Notes under the pieces: generated by a model
The model's database searches: none
What the model saw: only the letters and a program-made list of their open reading frames with translations
Told to the model about the DNA's origin: nothing
Shown here: in pieces, positions 12,142 to 25,119 of the stretch
How the letters are laid out: every line of letters starts with the position of its first letter
Numbering within the stretch: position 1 is the first letter of the stretch
Assembly (NCBI GenBank): GCA_907165135.1
Contig: OU015566.1
Span: 14,469,023 to 14,533,022 of the forward strand
Source of the DNA: Oikopleura dioica
Taxonomy: Eukaryota > Animalia > Chordata
Direction: 5' to 3'
DNA length: 64,000 nucleotides
Program-made: the position numbers and the translations under genes

Positions 12142-13849
12142 ATGAAGCCTTCACCCCACTTCAAATCGCCGAAGAAGACTTCTAACAAATCATCCAACTC
12201 GAAGCTGGCCTCAGATCTTGATCCCGACCAACCAAGTAAGCGATAAAATAAACATTGAAAATAAACTCGAATTATAGCGCCGATTCCCCAACGAAAGATA
12301 AGATTTGCGAAGGAATCAACTGAGATTTCCCCTGAAATACCGTTACCGGAGCTTCCCCAATCTCAGGGGAGCACGGATGGCTGGGTAAACTCTGCTCTTG
12401 CTTCTTCACAATCCTCTGAGAACACCCTGGGATCCGAAGAAGAGATCGATGGAATTTCCGTATCAGTCAGTGGTGAACTTTTCGATAATGAGCTGCAGCC
12501 AATGGATACTACGCAGATTACCCAGCAAGACCAAGAAAAAGCTAACTACTCTCAAGGCTCCTCCGTCTACAAAACGCCTGAAAAGAGTCTACCGAAAACG
12601 CCCAGTAAGACTGATCAATCAGCACCCGCTACGGCTCCACAGCCCTCGAGAAACCTTCGTCGAATCCTCTTCAATGAAAATCAGACAGGGAGATCAAAAA
12701 AGGTGATGAAAAGCAAAGCGAGGAAATTCGACAATAAATCGAATAGGTCCTTTGAAAGGAATTTCGGATTTGAAAAATTCTTTTATTAATTTGATCCTTT
12801 GAATTTTTGAAATCCGGCAAAGACGAAACAACACGTCATCGAAACATTACACGATTGACGATATTTTCAACGATCCGATCGTTCCAAACTCGACTTTTCC
12901 AAGCGCCAAGAAGAAGCCCTTATCAACGAAGAACGCGATGGTCGATTTGACGAAATCGAAGAAACCGAGGAAATCAGAACAGTGGTCGCCCGTGCCGCTC
13001 GCGATAATGCGAGGATTGAGGAACGAATCGGAGCCTTTCAGATTGAGGAGAAATCGGAAGAATGCTTTTTCTGAAACGGCGCCTGTTGAGGAAAGGGTTG
13101 AAAAGTTTTATTGCTTCAAGAAATTTTCCGGAGAAAAAATAATTTTTTTTTTTTTATCAAAAAGTTCCCTTTCCAACCTTTAAAAAAGCCAACTCAAACT
13201 CGGAAAAGCATCGGCGACTCGTTTCTCGACAACACTGTTACCGTGACCAATCTTCCTTCCGAGAGAAACGCTGCTGATACGACAAATCCCGAGTACGAGA
13301 CAATTGACCGCTCTTTAAATGTCACCGCTGGTACCTCCGAACAGCCTGAGCCTGCTTTCTCTGGCTCTTCTTCAGATGTTTCCTCCAGAAGAATGGCACG
13401 CAAGGACGATAAAGGCTCTTCAATTGCTGATGCTGTAAAAACCGCTTCAAATCAACGAGAAGAGGTAACGATTTGAAATCATGAAAAAGTACTCTAACTT
13501 CATTTTAGTCTGACGAGTCAAGCCGACCAGCTACGCGAGCAGCGTCAGTCCGAATAGCTTCGAGGGCAGCGTCAAGCCGAATTAGCCAAGCTATATCAAA
13601 CCATATCAACCCGCCGAAAAGAACGAAGTGGACAGAAGTAAGCTTTTTATAAATGATTTAAATCTTTAATTGTTATAAATTTAGGACGAGGACGGCAAGC
13701 TGATAGAAGGCCTCAATCTATACGGAAAAAACTGGAAAAAGATCGAGGTAGAGTTTTTCCGAGGAACGACGAGGACGAACGTCAACCTCAAAGACAGACA
13801 CCGTGTGCTTCTCAATAAAGACGACCATCGGGTGAAGGAAAAATACTAA
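12142..13849 (+). CDS. Telobox (TRF-type Myb) protein, paralog 1, no PDZ
   Basis: Shares 5' and 3' exons with 25120-28805. Last exons 13509-13637 and 13685-13849 splice in phase to KRTKWTE|DEDGKLIEGLNLYGKNWKKIEVEFFRGTTRTNVNLKDRHRVL. The intron near 12700-12820 could not be resolved. Confidence 0.7.
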
Positions 13850-14372
13850 ACCCCTTTCCTTCTTCTTCACTGTATATAGTTCACATTTTCACCCATCACC
13901 TCACTTTTATACTCTTAATTCACTGCCTTTTTCGCCTTACTATGATTTTAAATTAATGTCTTTTCCATTTAGATTGAATCAGATTGAGAGCTCACTCGAA
14001 CTGCCAAAAATTACATCAAGGATGAAAGAAGATATTCTTGAATTGGAAGAATCGAATCCAAAACGGCGAGCACGATCAATACTCAGTTTCAATACTCAGA
14101 ATAATAACTGATAATCAAAGTCTTTAAAAATCTGCTGATGCAACTCCATGCAATAAGTTAATTACCGCTCTGCCCTGTGGGCTCTCGGACTTGCCTTGCT
14201 CTTTGCAGTTATCGGTGGATGCGACGCTTATTAGAAATATCCTCGAAAATGTCATTTTTGTCCACTCTATTTTTATTGAGATCATAAATAGCTAGTCAAG
14301 GTTGACGCATTTTTACAACGCGCTTTTTGGATTAATTTTCTTCGTATAAAAAGAGACATTTTTCTTTACTAA

Positions 14373-15049
<677 letters not shown>

Positions 15050-15050
<1 letters not shown>

Positions 15051-15705
15051 TGCGTTGCGCTGAAAATATCTCGAAGGTTCTCTATCCAAATGACAATTTC
15101 TTCGAAGGAAAAGAACTTCGTCTCAAGCAAGAGTATTTCGTTATCTGTGCTACGCTTCAGGACATTGTCAGGCGATACAAGAGCTCAAAGTTCGGATGCA
15201 GAGATTCTGTCAGAACTCAGGTATTCTTTTCTAATCGTACAAGGGCGTAAGGGTGTAAGGCGCTGAGGTTATGCATGCATAACCAGGTTATGCACTCTTA
15301 ATAAAAATCATATTAATTGATATTTAACAGGTAGTTCAAGTGCGCTTCGCGAAAAGGACCTGTGCGTACACAAACCATACCGTTCTACCTGCTCTCGGCC
15401 AGTAAAGATGCTCGAGAATATGCTTCCTCGTCATTTGCAGATCATTTATCTGATCAACGCCCGTCATTTGAAGGACGTCGCAAAAGGTGAGTACAGTTTT
15501 ATCCAGTATTGTCTCTAATACAGTGAATAAGCCTTCCCAAATGACTCATCGAAGCTTCGGGAGATGTCTCTGATCAAAGAGGACGGAGAAAAGCGAGTGA
15601 ACATGGCATACCTCGCGATCGTTTGCTCACGCCGTCAATGGCGTTGCCGCCATCCACTCCCAGATCATCATCGACGATACCTTCAAAAACTTTTACGAGA
15701 TGTCT
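15050..15705 (+). pseudogene. PYGM: Glycogen phosphorylase internal fragment
   Basis: [46 protein letters not shown] and RVNMAYL; small deletions; MITE piece inserted at ~15250. Confidence 0.9.
15251..15340. mobile_element. Partial copy (left end) of GGGTG-terminated MITE
   Basis: GGGTGTAAGGCGCTGAGGTTATGCATGCATAACCAGGTTATGCACTCTTAATAAAA matches the left end of 46133-46346. Confidence 0.7.
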
Positions 15706-15884
15706 TGCCGACTTGGGAATAAAGCTATGCATGTGCAAAGATGAACAGTTTTAGGCGAAACAAACAAGTGGCAAAACAAAACGAATGGCACAAAATTCTA
15801 GCAGACGTTGAGAAGTTTGAGTTCATGACAACAGTTCAAGTAAGAAAATTCTAGCACCAGAAGAATATTAACCAGCATGATTCT

Positions 15885-17845
15885 TAGGAGTACACGATCC
15901 CAATCTTTCTGCAAAACAAAGATGTGATGTGCGAAGCCGTCACCGGCTCTGGAAAGACGCTGGCCTTCCTTTGCCCGCGCTGCACAAAATGATCTCTTCC
16001 GGGGCAAAGGACAAGAACTCCTTCATCGTCATTTCTCCGACCAGAGAGCTCGCCAATCAAACTCACAAAGGTACTATTCTAATGCTGATTTACTCGTTTA
16101 TCGGATATTTTCTAGTTTTGCTGCGATTTCTCGATGTTCTTGAAAAGTACACGGCGATGACCTGCATCGGCGGAGTAACAAAGATCCAGGAAGACATGGA
16201 AATGCTGGAAAAGTCGACTCCAGATGTGATCATCGCGACTCCGGGAAGAATGGACGATTTGATTAAACGATCCGATGTGCTCAAGGCGAAGCTGAAGACT
16301 GTGGAGATGTTGATTATCGACGAAGCGGACCAGGTTTTTGAACCCTTTCCTGCGAATTAACAAAGCCTTTTTTAAGATTTTGGACATTGGTTTCGAAAAA
16401 GCGATCAATTTCATTTCGTCAAATCTTCTAAAGCAGCGGCGAACCGGTCTTTTCTCCGCGACGCTGAACGAAAACGTCCTCCGTCTGAAAAAGGCTGGTC
16501 TGCGTCATCCCCACTCCGTCTCGGCCAAAGAAAAGCGCAAGAGAACCTGTCCACGCCTCAAGAACTCAAACTGCTCTTCTCAGTCGTGGAGCCGCGCCAC
16601 AAACTCAGTTATCTCGTTTCGTTGTTGAAAAAGCGGCGAAAGTCGAAGAGCGTCGTTTATTTTCTCACTTCCGACCAGGTCGACTATTTCCACCAAGTTT
16701 TGAGGCAGCTGGTCAACTATCCAGTGATTAAGTGCCACGGAAAGAAGAACCAGAAATTGAGGTCGAAAGCGATCAAGGAATTTACCGACAGATCTGGCGG
16801 AGCTGTTCCAGGAAACTCGCTACAAAGTCATTTTCTTTGAGGTCACGTGACGTGATTTCGCTGACCAAAATGGTAGCAAAAGATGCTTTAGACGCTGTTC
16901 TTTCCGTCGATATACAGTTTTTCACTGTCATATGCTACAGTTTACCCGCCAGAGGGGTCAAAATCAAGAGGTACTAATAAGCGGAACCCTGAGTCAGGGT
17001 GCTGATAGAGCTGTCCAAAACTAACGTGCATCTGTATAAAACCCTGACTCAGGTTTCCACACAGGCTCCCGAGCCCTGAGCATCACTAACCGTTAATTAA
17101 TAATGTTAAATCTCTGATGATTTCTGAATGTAGCGAATTGTAACAGTTACGACGGATCTGCTCTGCCGCGGCGTCGATATTTCCGGCGGCGTCGACTACG
17201 TCATCCAGTTCGATCCTCCAACCTTTGCTCCAAACTTTGTCCGCCGCGCTGGCAGAACCGCTCGCGCTGGAAAAAGCGGAGAAAACCTGGTCTTGGTGAC
17301 TCCGTCGGAGCACGAGCAAAACTACCTCGAATTCAAACTCAACCAAAAAGTCGGCGACATGGTCGTGTTAAAAGAAGATTTCGAGATTTTGGAACTGGAG
17401 AAGGTCAGGGAGATCCAGTTGAAGGACTAGAGGAACTTTGAATACGCGCAGAGGGCGTTCCCGAGCTTTTTTTGTGCTTACAAAGGTAACTACTGTACTA
17501 CGATAATGAAATACAGTAACAAATCTTTTCTACAGAGATTTCTTTCGATAACAAATCCATTAGGCGCTGCTCTGATTGGTCAGAAATGACTCTAATCGGA
17601 AATTTTCATTTTGACCAATCAGTAAGCTTGATGGATCAATTCATTATCAAAAGAAGTCGTTGTAGAAGATTTTCTTTTCTGAAATCGATTTCTAGCGCAC
17701 GAGTGCAAATACATTTTCCGCGAAAAAGAGCTGATCAAAAGTATTAGTGATTATGCGCTCATGTTCGGTCTTTTGAAAATGCCAAAAATGGCCGAGCTGA
17801 AGAACAAGGAGTACACTGGCTTTACCAATAGCGACGTTGATACAG
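15885..17845 (+). pseudogene. DDX55: DEAD-box RNA helicase DDX55/Spb4-like, disabled
   Basis: [44 protein letters not shown] and FGLLKMPKMAEL; an insertion at ~16800-17150, frameshifts and an in-frame stop near 17428. Confidence 0.85.
16987..17065. mobile_element. Short remnant of the CTGAGTCAGGG MITE family within DDX55
   Basis: CCCTGAGTCAGGGT ... ACCCTGACTCAGGTTTCCACACAGG inverted pair. Confidence 0.6.
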
Positions 17846-18162
17846 CATCTCAAACCACGTCCACCAATTTGAATATCTTTCCCATCACTTGTACGGCTCA
17901 AACTGCTTTCCGCTAATCGCCAAGTTTTTCAACCAGAACATGACGGTTTTCGTCACTCAAAGAAATCAAATTCCAAAGGTGGACTTGCGAAATGCTTTTC
18001 GAGGTAATTGACCGTTTTTCGACTTAAAAAAGACCAATTTCTAGGGCTGCCGATCATCCAAGCGCTGATAGAACGAGCAACTGAAGAGCAGATGCTCTAC
18101 TGCTGGCGAAACATAATCCCTTCGATTTGTTTCTTGATAATTCTCGTGAAAATCATGAAAGA
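17845..18162 (+). pseudogene. STRIP1: Second STRIP fragment
   Basis: NHVHQFEYLSHHLYGSNCFPLIAKFFNQN...CWRN; similar to 6715-6965, including the intron. Confidence 0.85.
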
Positions 18163-18166
18163 AAAC

Positions 18167-18227
18167 GTCGTTCTCGATTCTCGGCGACGAGAGCAATTCG
18201 GAAACTTACTCCTCAATCGCCTGGGAA
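18167..18227 (+). pseudogene. PMPCA: About 60-bp PMPCA fragment
   Basis: CGTTCTCGATTCTCGGCGACGAGAGCAATTC...CAATCGCCTGGGAA is nearly identical to 8550-8608. Confidence 0.8.
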
Positions 18228-18294
18228 AAGCCAATCAATCGCCAATCCGATGGAGCAGAACTTATGGAACCACTTCATTTTTAAAGAGTTTGAG

Positions 18295-20465
18295 GACAGG
18301 GGAAGTTGAGCGAATCTGCCGAGAATCGAATTGCTACGAGCCTGAAAAAGTCAAGAACTTCTTGAAAGAGCAGAAAATGTGGGACCAACTTCCTTTGATA
18401 ATCGTCTGCGATCGATTCGACTTTGTCCACGACTCGGCTCTCCATCTTTACAGAAATAATCTCCAGAAATACATCGAGATCTACGTCCAGAAAATTAACT
18501 CATCTCGACTCCCTCAGGTCATTGGTGGGCTTTTGGATGGCGACTGCGAGTCAGATGTGATCAAGAGCCTTATCATGGTTGTCCTAGGTCAGTTCTCTAC
18601 TGATGACCTTGTTCGAGTAGCGAAACCGATTGAAGCTCCTTCTCCCGTGGCGAGAGTCGCGAATAGCTGAAGACTGCCAAGAACCCGCCAAGATCTTGCT
18701 TTGGCCAAGGTCTACATTGATGCCAACAACCCTTAGCGATTCCTTCGGGAGAATCCGCTGTTGTCGGTAAATACTGCGAAAATCAAGATCCTCATCTCGC
18801 ATGTATTGTGTACGAGCGTGGAATGTGCGACGATGAACTCATCAAGGTCTGCAACGAAAACTCATTGTTCAAGAACGAAGCGCGATACCTTGTCCAAGAA
18901 AAGACTCCGAGATATGGGCTTAGGTTCTTGTTGACGATAACCCACACAGACGATCTGTCATCGATCAAGTTGTCCAGACCGCTCAGAGGATCCTGATGGC
19001 ATCTCTGAGGCTATCAAGATTTTCATGGAAGCTGACTTACCAAACGAGTTGATCGAGCTTTTGGAAAAGGTCGTTCTCGAGAACTCCGTCTTCTCCGATC
19101 ATCGAAACTTGCAGAACTTGCTCATCCTCACTGCAGTCAAGGCTGATACTACCCGCGTCATGAACTATATCTCTCGACTTGACAACTATGATGCTCCAGA
19201 CATTGCTGAAATCTGCATCAACAATGAGCTCTACGAAGAAGCATTCGCCATCTTCAAGAAGTTCGACGCCACGACTTCTGCTATGGAAGTCTTGATCAAC
19301 AACGCCAAGAATCTCGATCGATCGATTCCTTCTCTAGTTCTTATTTTGAAACTAGATTAAAGATAAAATCTTTCAACCTCCCTAATTTGATTGTAAAGGA
19401 GTCTAACTGTCGATTCAGATCCGAGAAGCTTACCTTGAAACGGAGCTCTGCTAATCGTTTGCCAAGACGAACAGACTCGCTGAGCTTAAAGAGATGTACC
19501 AGGCTGTCAAGGTCCTCTACGCCAGCATTTCCAACTTCTACTCTCCTCAAACTTGGCGGGTGTCAGGCTACTGTCGAAGCTACAAAGAAGGCCAATTCAA
19601 CCCAAACATTGAAGGAAGTCTGCTTTTCTTGCGTCGAAAACGATGAGTTCCGACTTGCTCAACTCTGTGGCCTCAACATCGTTGTCCATGCTGACGAACT
19701 CGACGATCTTATGAGCTATTATCAGGATCGTGGATTTTTTGAGGAACTCATCACTATGCTCGAAGGCGCCCTTGGCCTCGAAAGCGCTCACATGGGCATT
19801 TTTACAGAGCTCGCTATTCTTTACTCGAAGTACAAGCCTGAGATGATGAAGGAAAACCTCGAGCACTTTTGGTCTCGTGTCAATCTTCCAAATGTCCTCC
19901 GAGCTGCCGAGACTACTCACTTGTGGGCCGACCTTTTCTCCCTTTAGGATAAGTACGAGGAGTACGACGACGCCATCTTGACAATGATGAAGCACCCAAC
20001 TGTCGCCTGTAAAGAGGGACTCTTCAAGGACATCATCAAAAAGGTCGGCAACATCGAGCTTTACTACAAGGCTCTCGAGTTCTACATCGACTTCAAAACT
20101 CTTCTTATCAACGACTTGCTCAATGCTCTTAGCCCACGAATCGACCACACCCGAACTGTTACCAATGTTATTGGCCTTGCTCTTCGACTTAAAAAGGTCT
20201 AACTCCTCGAATTCAGACGTATTGCTGCTTATCTTTACAAGAAGAACAACAGGTTGGTTTCTTTTTAGTAAACATTTCTTACCGATATTTCTGTAGATAG
20301 GCAATCTGTCGAGCTTTGCAAGAAGGACGATCTTTTCAAAGAGGCAATGGAGTACGCTGCCGAAAGCCGTGATACCCAACTTGTGGAAGAACTTGCGAAC
20401 TGGTCCCTCAAAAAAGAACCTATTTTTTGCAATGGACACGCTGTGCAATTACTCAACATCTTACA
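18295..20465 (+). pseudogene. CLTC: Clathrin heavy chain internal fragment (CHCR repeats)
   Basis: [67 protein letters not shown] and [19 protein letters not shown]; many stops, frameshifts and deletions; no N-terminal propeller. Confidence 0.92.
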
Positions 20466-20654
20466 GCAGCTTCTCTTAGTTCAAAGACGAATTCTTTTCT
20501 AGTTATTTATTATTCCAAATAAACCTGTGAAATAAACAAGTTCCAAAGACAAACATTATTCCAAAAAAATACATCACTCTGATTTTAGAAAAATGTCGCA
20601 TTTTATGGGCGATTTCATGAAATCGTCCGAGAGTTAAACTAACCCTTACTTCAA

Positions 20655-21600
20655 CGATGGTGGCACTGGAATGCCTCCGACCGAGGAGGAGATGATGGAG
20701 AAACAAAGAAAACCAGAGAAGAAGAAGCAGGAGATTAGCTATGGAGACGATGTGGAAGCGATGTGGGCGGAGTGAGAGGCAGAAGTTGAGCCTGAAAGTA
20801 GGCCTAAGAAAAGATCCAAGCATGAGGGCAAATGTAAGTCACTCTTATTGGAGTATAATTATACTGTTTAAATTATACCTACTATATAATTTATACTGTA
20901 TAATCTATCTAATATTTAGCTGCTGCTGAAATCAAAGAAATCAGAAACAAACTCACTGGAAAGCTGATGCGTGCCGATCTCAAAGGCAACAAAGAAAAAA
21001 CTGCGAAAATTTAAAAAGAAATCGACGAATTACCAGATGAAAACACAATCGTCGTTCAAAAATACGATGCCCGTGGTCGAATCCGTCCAAGTAACCAGAA
21101 ACGCGAATCTGATATTTCTGCTCTTCTTCGTGATGAAAAGAATGACGATGGAGGAATGGGTTAGTTTAATGATAGTCTTCCATGTCTTCAAGGTCTTTTT
21201 TTAGCTTCGGATATGGCGCTGAAGAAGAACTCTTCGACGGCACAAAGACAAGAGGGAAAAAAGAGAAGCCTCATGCAGAAGAAGACCGTGAACGAGCAAA
21301 GAGCAGGATGATTCATAGAAGCCTCGAAAACTGTCGGTTTTGCTATTCGAATAAGGTAGAGAGTGAACGCAATTGAAAGCAAGAATTGACGTATTCTTAG
21401 AAACTCCGCGACTCAATTTGCTGGGTTGGCCAACACGTGTACCTTGCTCTTACAGGCTCTGAACCGATGGCAGAAGGCCACTGCATCATCGTTACAAAAG
21501 AACACTATCGAAATCTGCCGTCATGCGATGAGGATGTCGCACGCGAGATCCTCAACCTGCGAAGAATGCTTACTGGGTATTTCAAAGCAAAGAACGATAC
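20655..21600 (+). pseudogene. CWF19L2: CWF19L2-like fragment
   Basis: KLMRADLKGN, RSLENCRFCYS and YLALTGSEPMAEGHCIIVTKEH...DEDVAREI (CwfJ C-terminal 1); broken frames; truncated. Confidence 0.7.
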
Positions 21601-21614
21601 AGAATTTTCCAACG

Positions 21615-22199
21615 ATTTTTCCAGCAACTGGCTTATGCGCCGCCGAGTCTGCGATTTATCGCTGCTATGCCGTCTGATGCACACGAGAAGAAATTCGTTA
21701 CGCACCCGGTAAGTTTTTAGACAGATAGAAAGTCCCGTGGTTTGTCTTTTGGACGCGCCGTTAAAAGTTTTATGTTTTTCTTGAATACGCGATTTTGAAT
21801 CGATGAATCTGGGTTTACGACGTATTCTGATCAATTACTACTCGACTGACCTTATTCTTTCCAGGGAGATCTAATCGTCACAGCTACCGATGGTCTGTTC
21901 GACAACGTCCCCGACGAAGTGCTTCTCCAGGAACTCTCGTATCTTCCCCACGCCGATCAAATCCACACTCAAGGTCTGCCTCCTCCTTCCTCTTTCAACC
22001 CTTTAACTCCGCTTCTTCAGATCTGGAGCGCACGGCAAAGTGCCTGGCCTCGCGCGCGCACAAGAACGCGCTCAACAAGTCGTACGTTTCTCCCTCCGCG
22101 CTCGCCGCCAAAAGCGCTGGCTTCCACTACACCGGCGGCAAAATGGACGACGTAACGGTCATCGTATCCGTTGTGTCTGACCTCGGCACTGAAGTGTAG
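21615..22199 (+). pseudogene. PPTC7: PTC7-type PP2C phosphatase C-terminal fragment
   Basis: GDLIVTATDGLFDNVPDEVLLQEL ... GGKMDDVTVIVSVV*. Confidence 0.85.
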
Positions 22200-23334
22200 C
22201 TTTTTAGCTTTTCTTTTCTTTTTTCTAAAACTTCCGTCTAAAAATTCATGATTCAAAATGCTCTCTTCGCCTTTCTCTCTCGTCTTTGTTTATTCTCTTT
22301 CTATCAACATATTCTTCTCTACTGAAATTTCCAAGGCCTACTTTTGACTTCATTTAAATTGAAGAACTAATGATGAACAAACGGGTTTCTGACCCCTTTT
22401 TTGAGGTGTTCAACTTTGCCTTTTCTTGGTCCTTGAAGATCAAGCTGTCAATTCTTCAGCATTTATTTATTTAGGATGTTTTTAAAATGAAACAGTTTTG
22501 GCCTTCTTTTCTGGTGCCAAAATGACTTTACTCCTTTCTCCTTCGAGAAAGAAAAAATACTCTCATTTCAAAATTGAAAACTCTCCCAAAACAACATATT
22601 CTCTTTTACCTCGTTGCTTGTGCTACTATCAAACCATATTTTTCCCAAGTCAAGTCCCGCGGAGAACAAACTCTAGCGACATCTGAACGAGAAAACGGTT
22701 CGGATCAGGAGTTTCCCGCGGCCGCTTGATTTCGGAATGAAGTGAAACTTGAGTGGTTACGAATTTAACTTATTTATTTGTATAAAGGAATACACTATTC
22801 GAAAATTGAAAGCTTTATCTGTTCTTTGCTGTTGTAGTAACAGCAGCTTGTTTATTTTGACGCATTTTTATAGCACAATTTTTGAAGCACTGCAGTTTGA
22901 AAATTATTCTAGAGCTCGTCATGATGAAGTAGGGAGCTTCCTCAGTGCGTAGCAGGCGATTCAGTCAAGGCATCATAAGCTTTTGCCCGTTTTTCTTCTT
23001 GATAAACCGTCTCTATCGAGAAGATCGAGCAGGGCAAAAATATCATTTTGCAGCAATTCAACGACAAACTGTATTTTTCAAACTTCCCGTCTCTTTGACA
23101 TTCGAGGACCATCGTCCACTTTTCTAACCTTCTATTTTTGTAGAGCCGTCAAGACAAAACTCTTAATTCTTCTTTGATACTGAAAAAACAATCAAAAAAA
23201 GCATGTCTGATATTTAGAAAAGAATGAAATGAGCGGAATCGAGTATTCAGAAATTCTGGATCGCTCGAACGCATGGCTCGCGGGAAATAAGCGAAGGTAC
23301 TGAGGACCAAGGATTAGTGTAACTAATGAACTGT

Positions 23335-23735
23335 CTAGTGAAGGAAGTGTTCTTCATCAGCAACATTCTGCAATTCGAAATGATCCACTTCATCGGCCAG
23401 CTGCAGTACTACATTCACTTCGAAATCAGCGAGACATCTTGGGCAGTCTTCGCCGAAAAGGTAAGTCCTTCTTGGTCGCACCAAACCGGATCATTTGCAG
23501 GTCGAGATTTAGCAAATGACCTGAATGAAGTGATCATCGCGCACAATGCCTTCCTCAACGAGCTGGAACAGGGCTAACTGCTCGCGGACTCTCTCTGGGA
23601 CAAGATAAAATCACTCAGAATTGCGAACATCTTTTGCCTCCATTGCCAAATCAAGTGCCTTTTCCGAGGATGATGAGCTGCTAGAGAAAGAACGCAGAAA
23701 CTCCTTCAAGAACGAAATGTTCAAGCACAAGGTAA
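23335..23735 (+). pseudogene. TUBGCP3: Gamma-tubulin complex component 3-like C-terminal fragment
   Basis: EMIHFIGQLQYYIHFEISETSW...DLNEVIIAHNAFL followed by a stop. Confidence 0.7.
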
Positions 23736-23799
23736 AAAAGAGATTCAATTCAAAATGTAACGATTTCCCAGTGTTCGGTGACCACCTGCCGGACGACTT

Positions 23800-24830
23800 A
23801 CCAGAAAATCCTCCCAGCCAGTCCTTTCTCTTCATGTGTCCACACGCGGCGATGCTGCTCAAAAGAAGAATTCAGAAGTGCCCCTACAGTGTTGACAAGT
23901 ACAGTTACACTCGAAAAGCTGAAAGTTTAATCTAGTTTCTTAGGCAATTAGCGCCCCTGACGAATATTTTGATGAACCTCTCAGTTTCGCAGCTGCAGGA
24001 AACGCTGCTGGAAAAGTGACGCAATGGGAAATCTCTGGAAAGGACATCTTCGACCTCGATTACGATATCGACGATTCCATCGAGGTAAAAACGGCTGTTT
24101 TTCAGTGGTCATCAATTTGATCGTTTTAGTGTATTCCAGACGTAACGATGGACAACGAGTCGGGAATGCACGAGCACTGGATGTTCTTGAACAAAGAAGT
24201 CACCGTTTCCAGCGAAAAACAAATCGGCCAAAACCCGAAGTCGTTTATTTGTTCAAAGATATGGTGGATTTCTGGTGAGTCCAATCGAATCTATTGACAG
24301 GACCCCTAACGCTTCTGACTAGTGACACGGCGAACGATGAAATGATGAAGGTGTCGCATAGTTTGTACGCGGCGCTGCTCATTCACGAGCCCCTCCACTC
24401 TTTGGTGGAGCAATTCGAGCGCCTCTTTCCCGAACTGCGCCTTTCCGGCTTCCGAGAGAAGCTCGAGCCCAGATGCGCGTCACTCTTCGCAGCAGAGAGC
24501 ATTTCGCTGACGATGATCGAAGTTGTCGACTCGTTGCTGTCTGCCGCCTTTCCCAGCGTGGAACTGTTCTTTTCCTTCCTCATTCCATTGCTGCCTGCCT
24601 CTAACCTGTTACGACCTCATGCGACCCGACGTTGTTCTCGAGCAATCGTGGGGAAACGGAATCCAGGACTTTGCCATGCCTTACTTTATCTAGGTAACAA
24701 ATGATGATGATTTTTATGCTTATCTTGAATAAGCCGAAGAGCCCGAGCAGCCGATGATCATGGCGCCTCAACTCATGTTGGCGAACTCTGCACATATGCC
24801 CGGCATGGCAGGAGCACCGGTAGAAGTCCT
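23800..24830 (+). pseudogene. Unidentified helical coding fragments
   Basis: Exon-like pieces with short introns (e.g. ORF 24294-24704); no family recognised. Confidence 0.3.
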
Positions 24831-25119
24831 TCTCAAGTTTTATTTTTGATAAACTTTTCAGAATCCATTCGGTCAACCTGAGATTGGGTTGCCTGCCAAA
24901 CTAATTCGGTGGAATGCCTGGACAATTCAAAGCTTTTTCTCAACTGATTCTTTCTTTCTACTTTTTGATTCGTCCATGTCTAAACGATCATTTTTTATCT
25001 GATCGAGAGACTGCGATCAAGGCGAGTCGGAGCATCATTTGAAAATACTCATTTTTCGAGAATCGAGTAGAGAAAGGATCCCATATTTTTTGTTCAGACA
25101 GTGCGCTATCGGATTGAGA

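Noticed and set aside
18008-18670. 220-aa ORF as a genuine novel gene
   Set aside because: It starts inside an intron-derived segment at TTG, reads PMPCA out of frame, and is followed by decayed clathrin sequence. It is kept only as evidence of chimerism.
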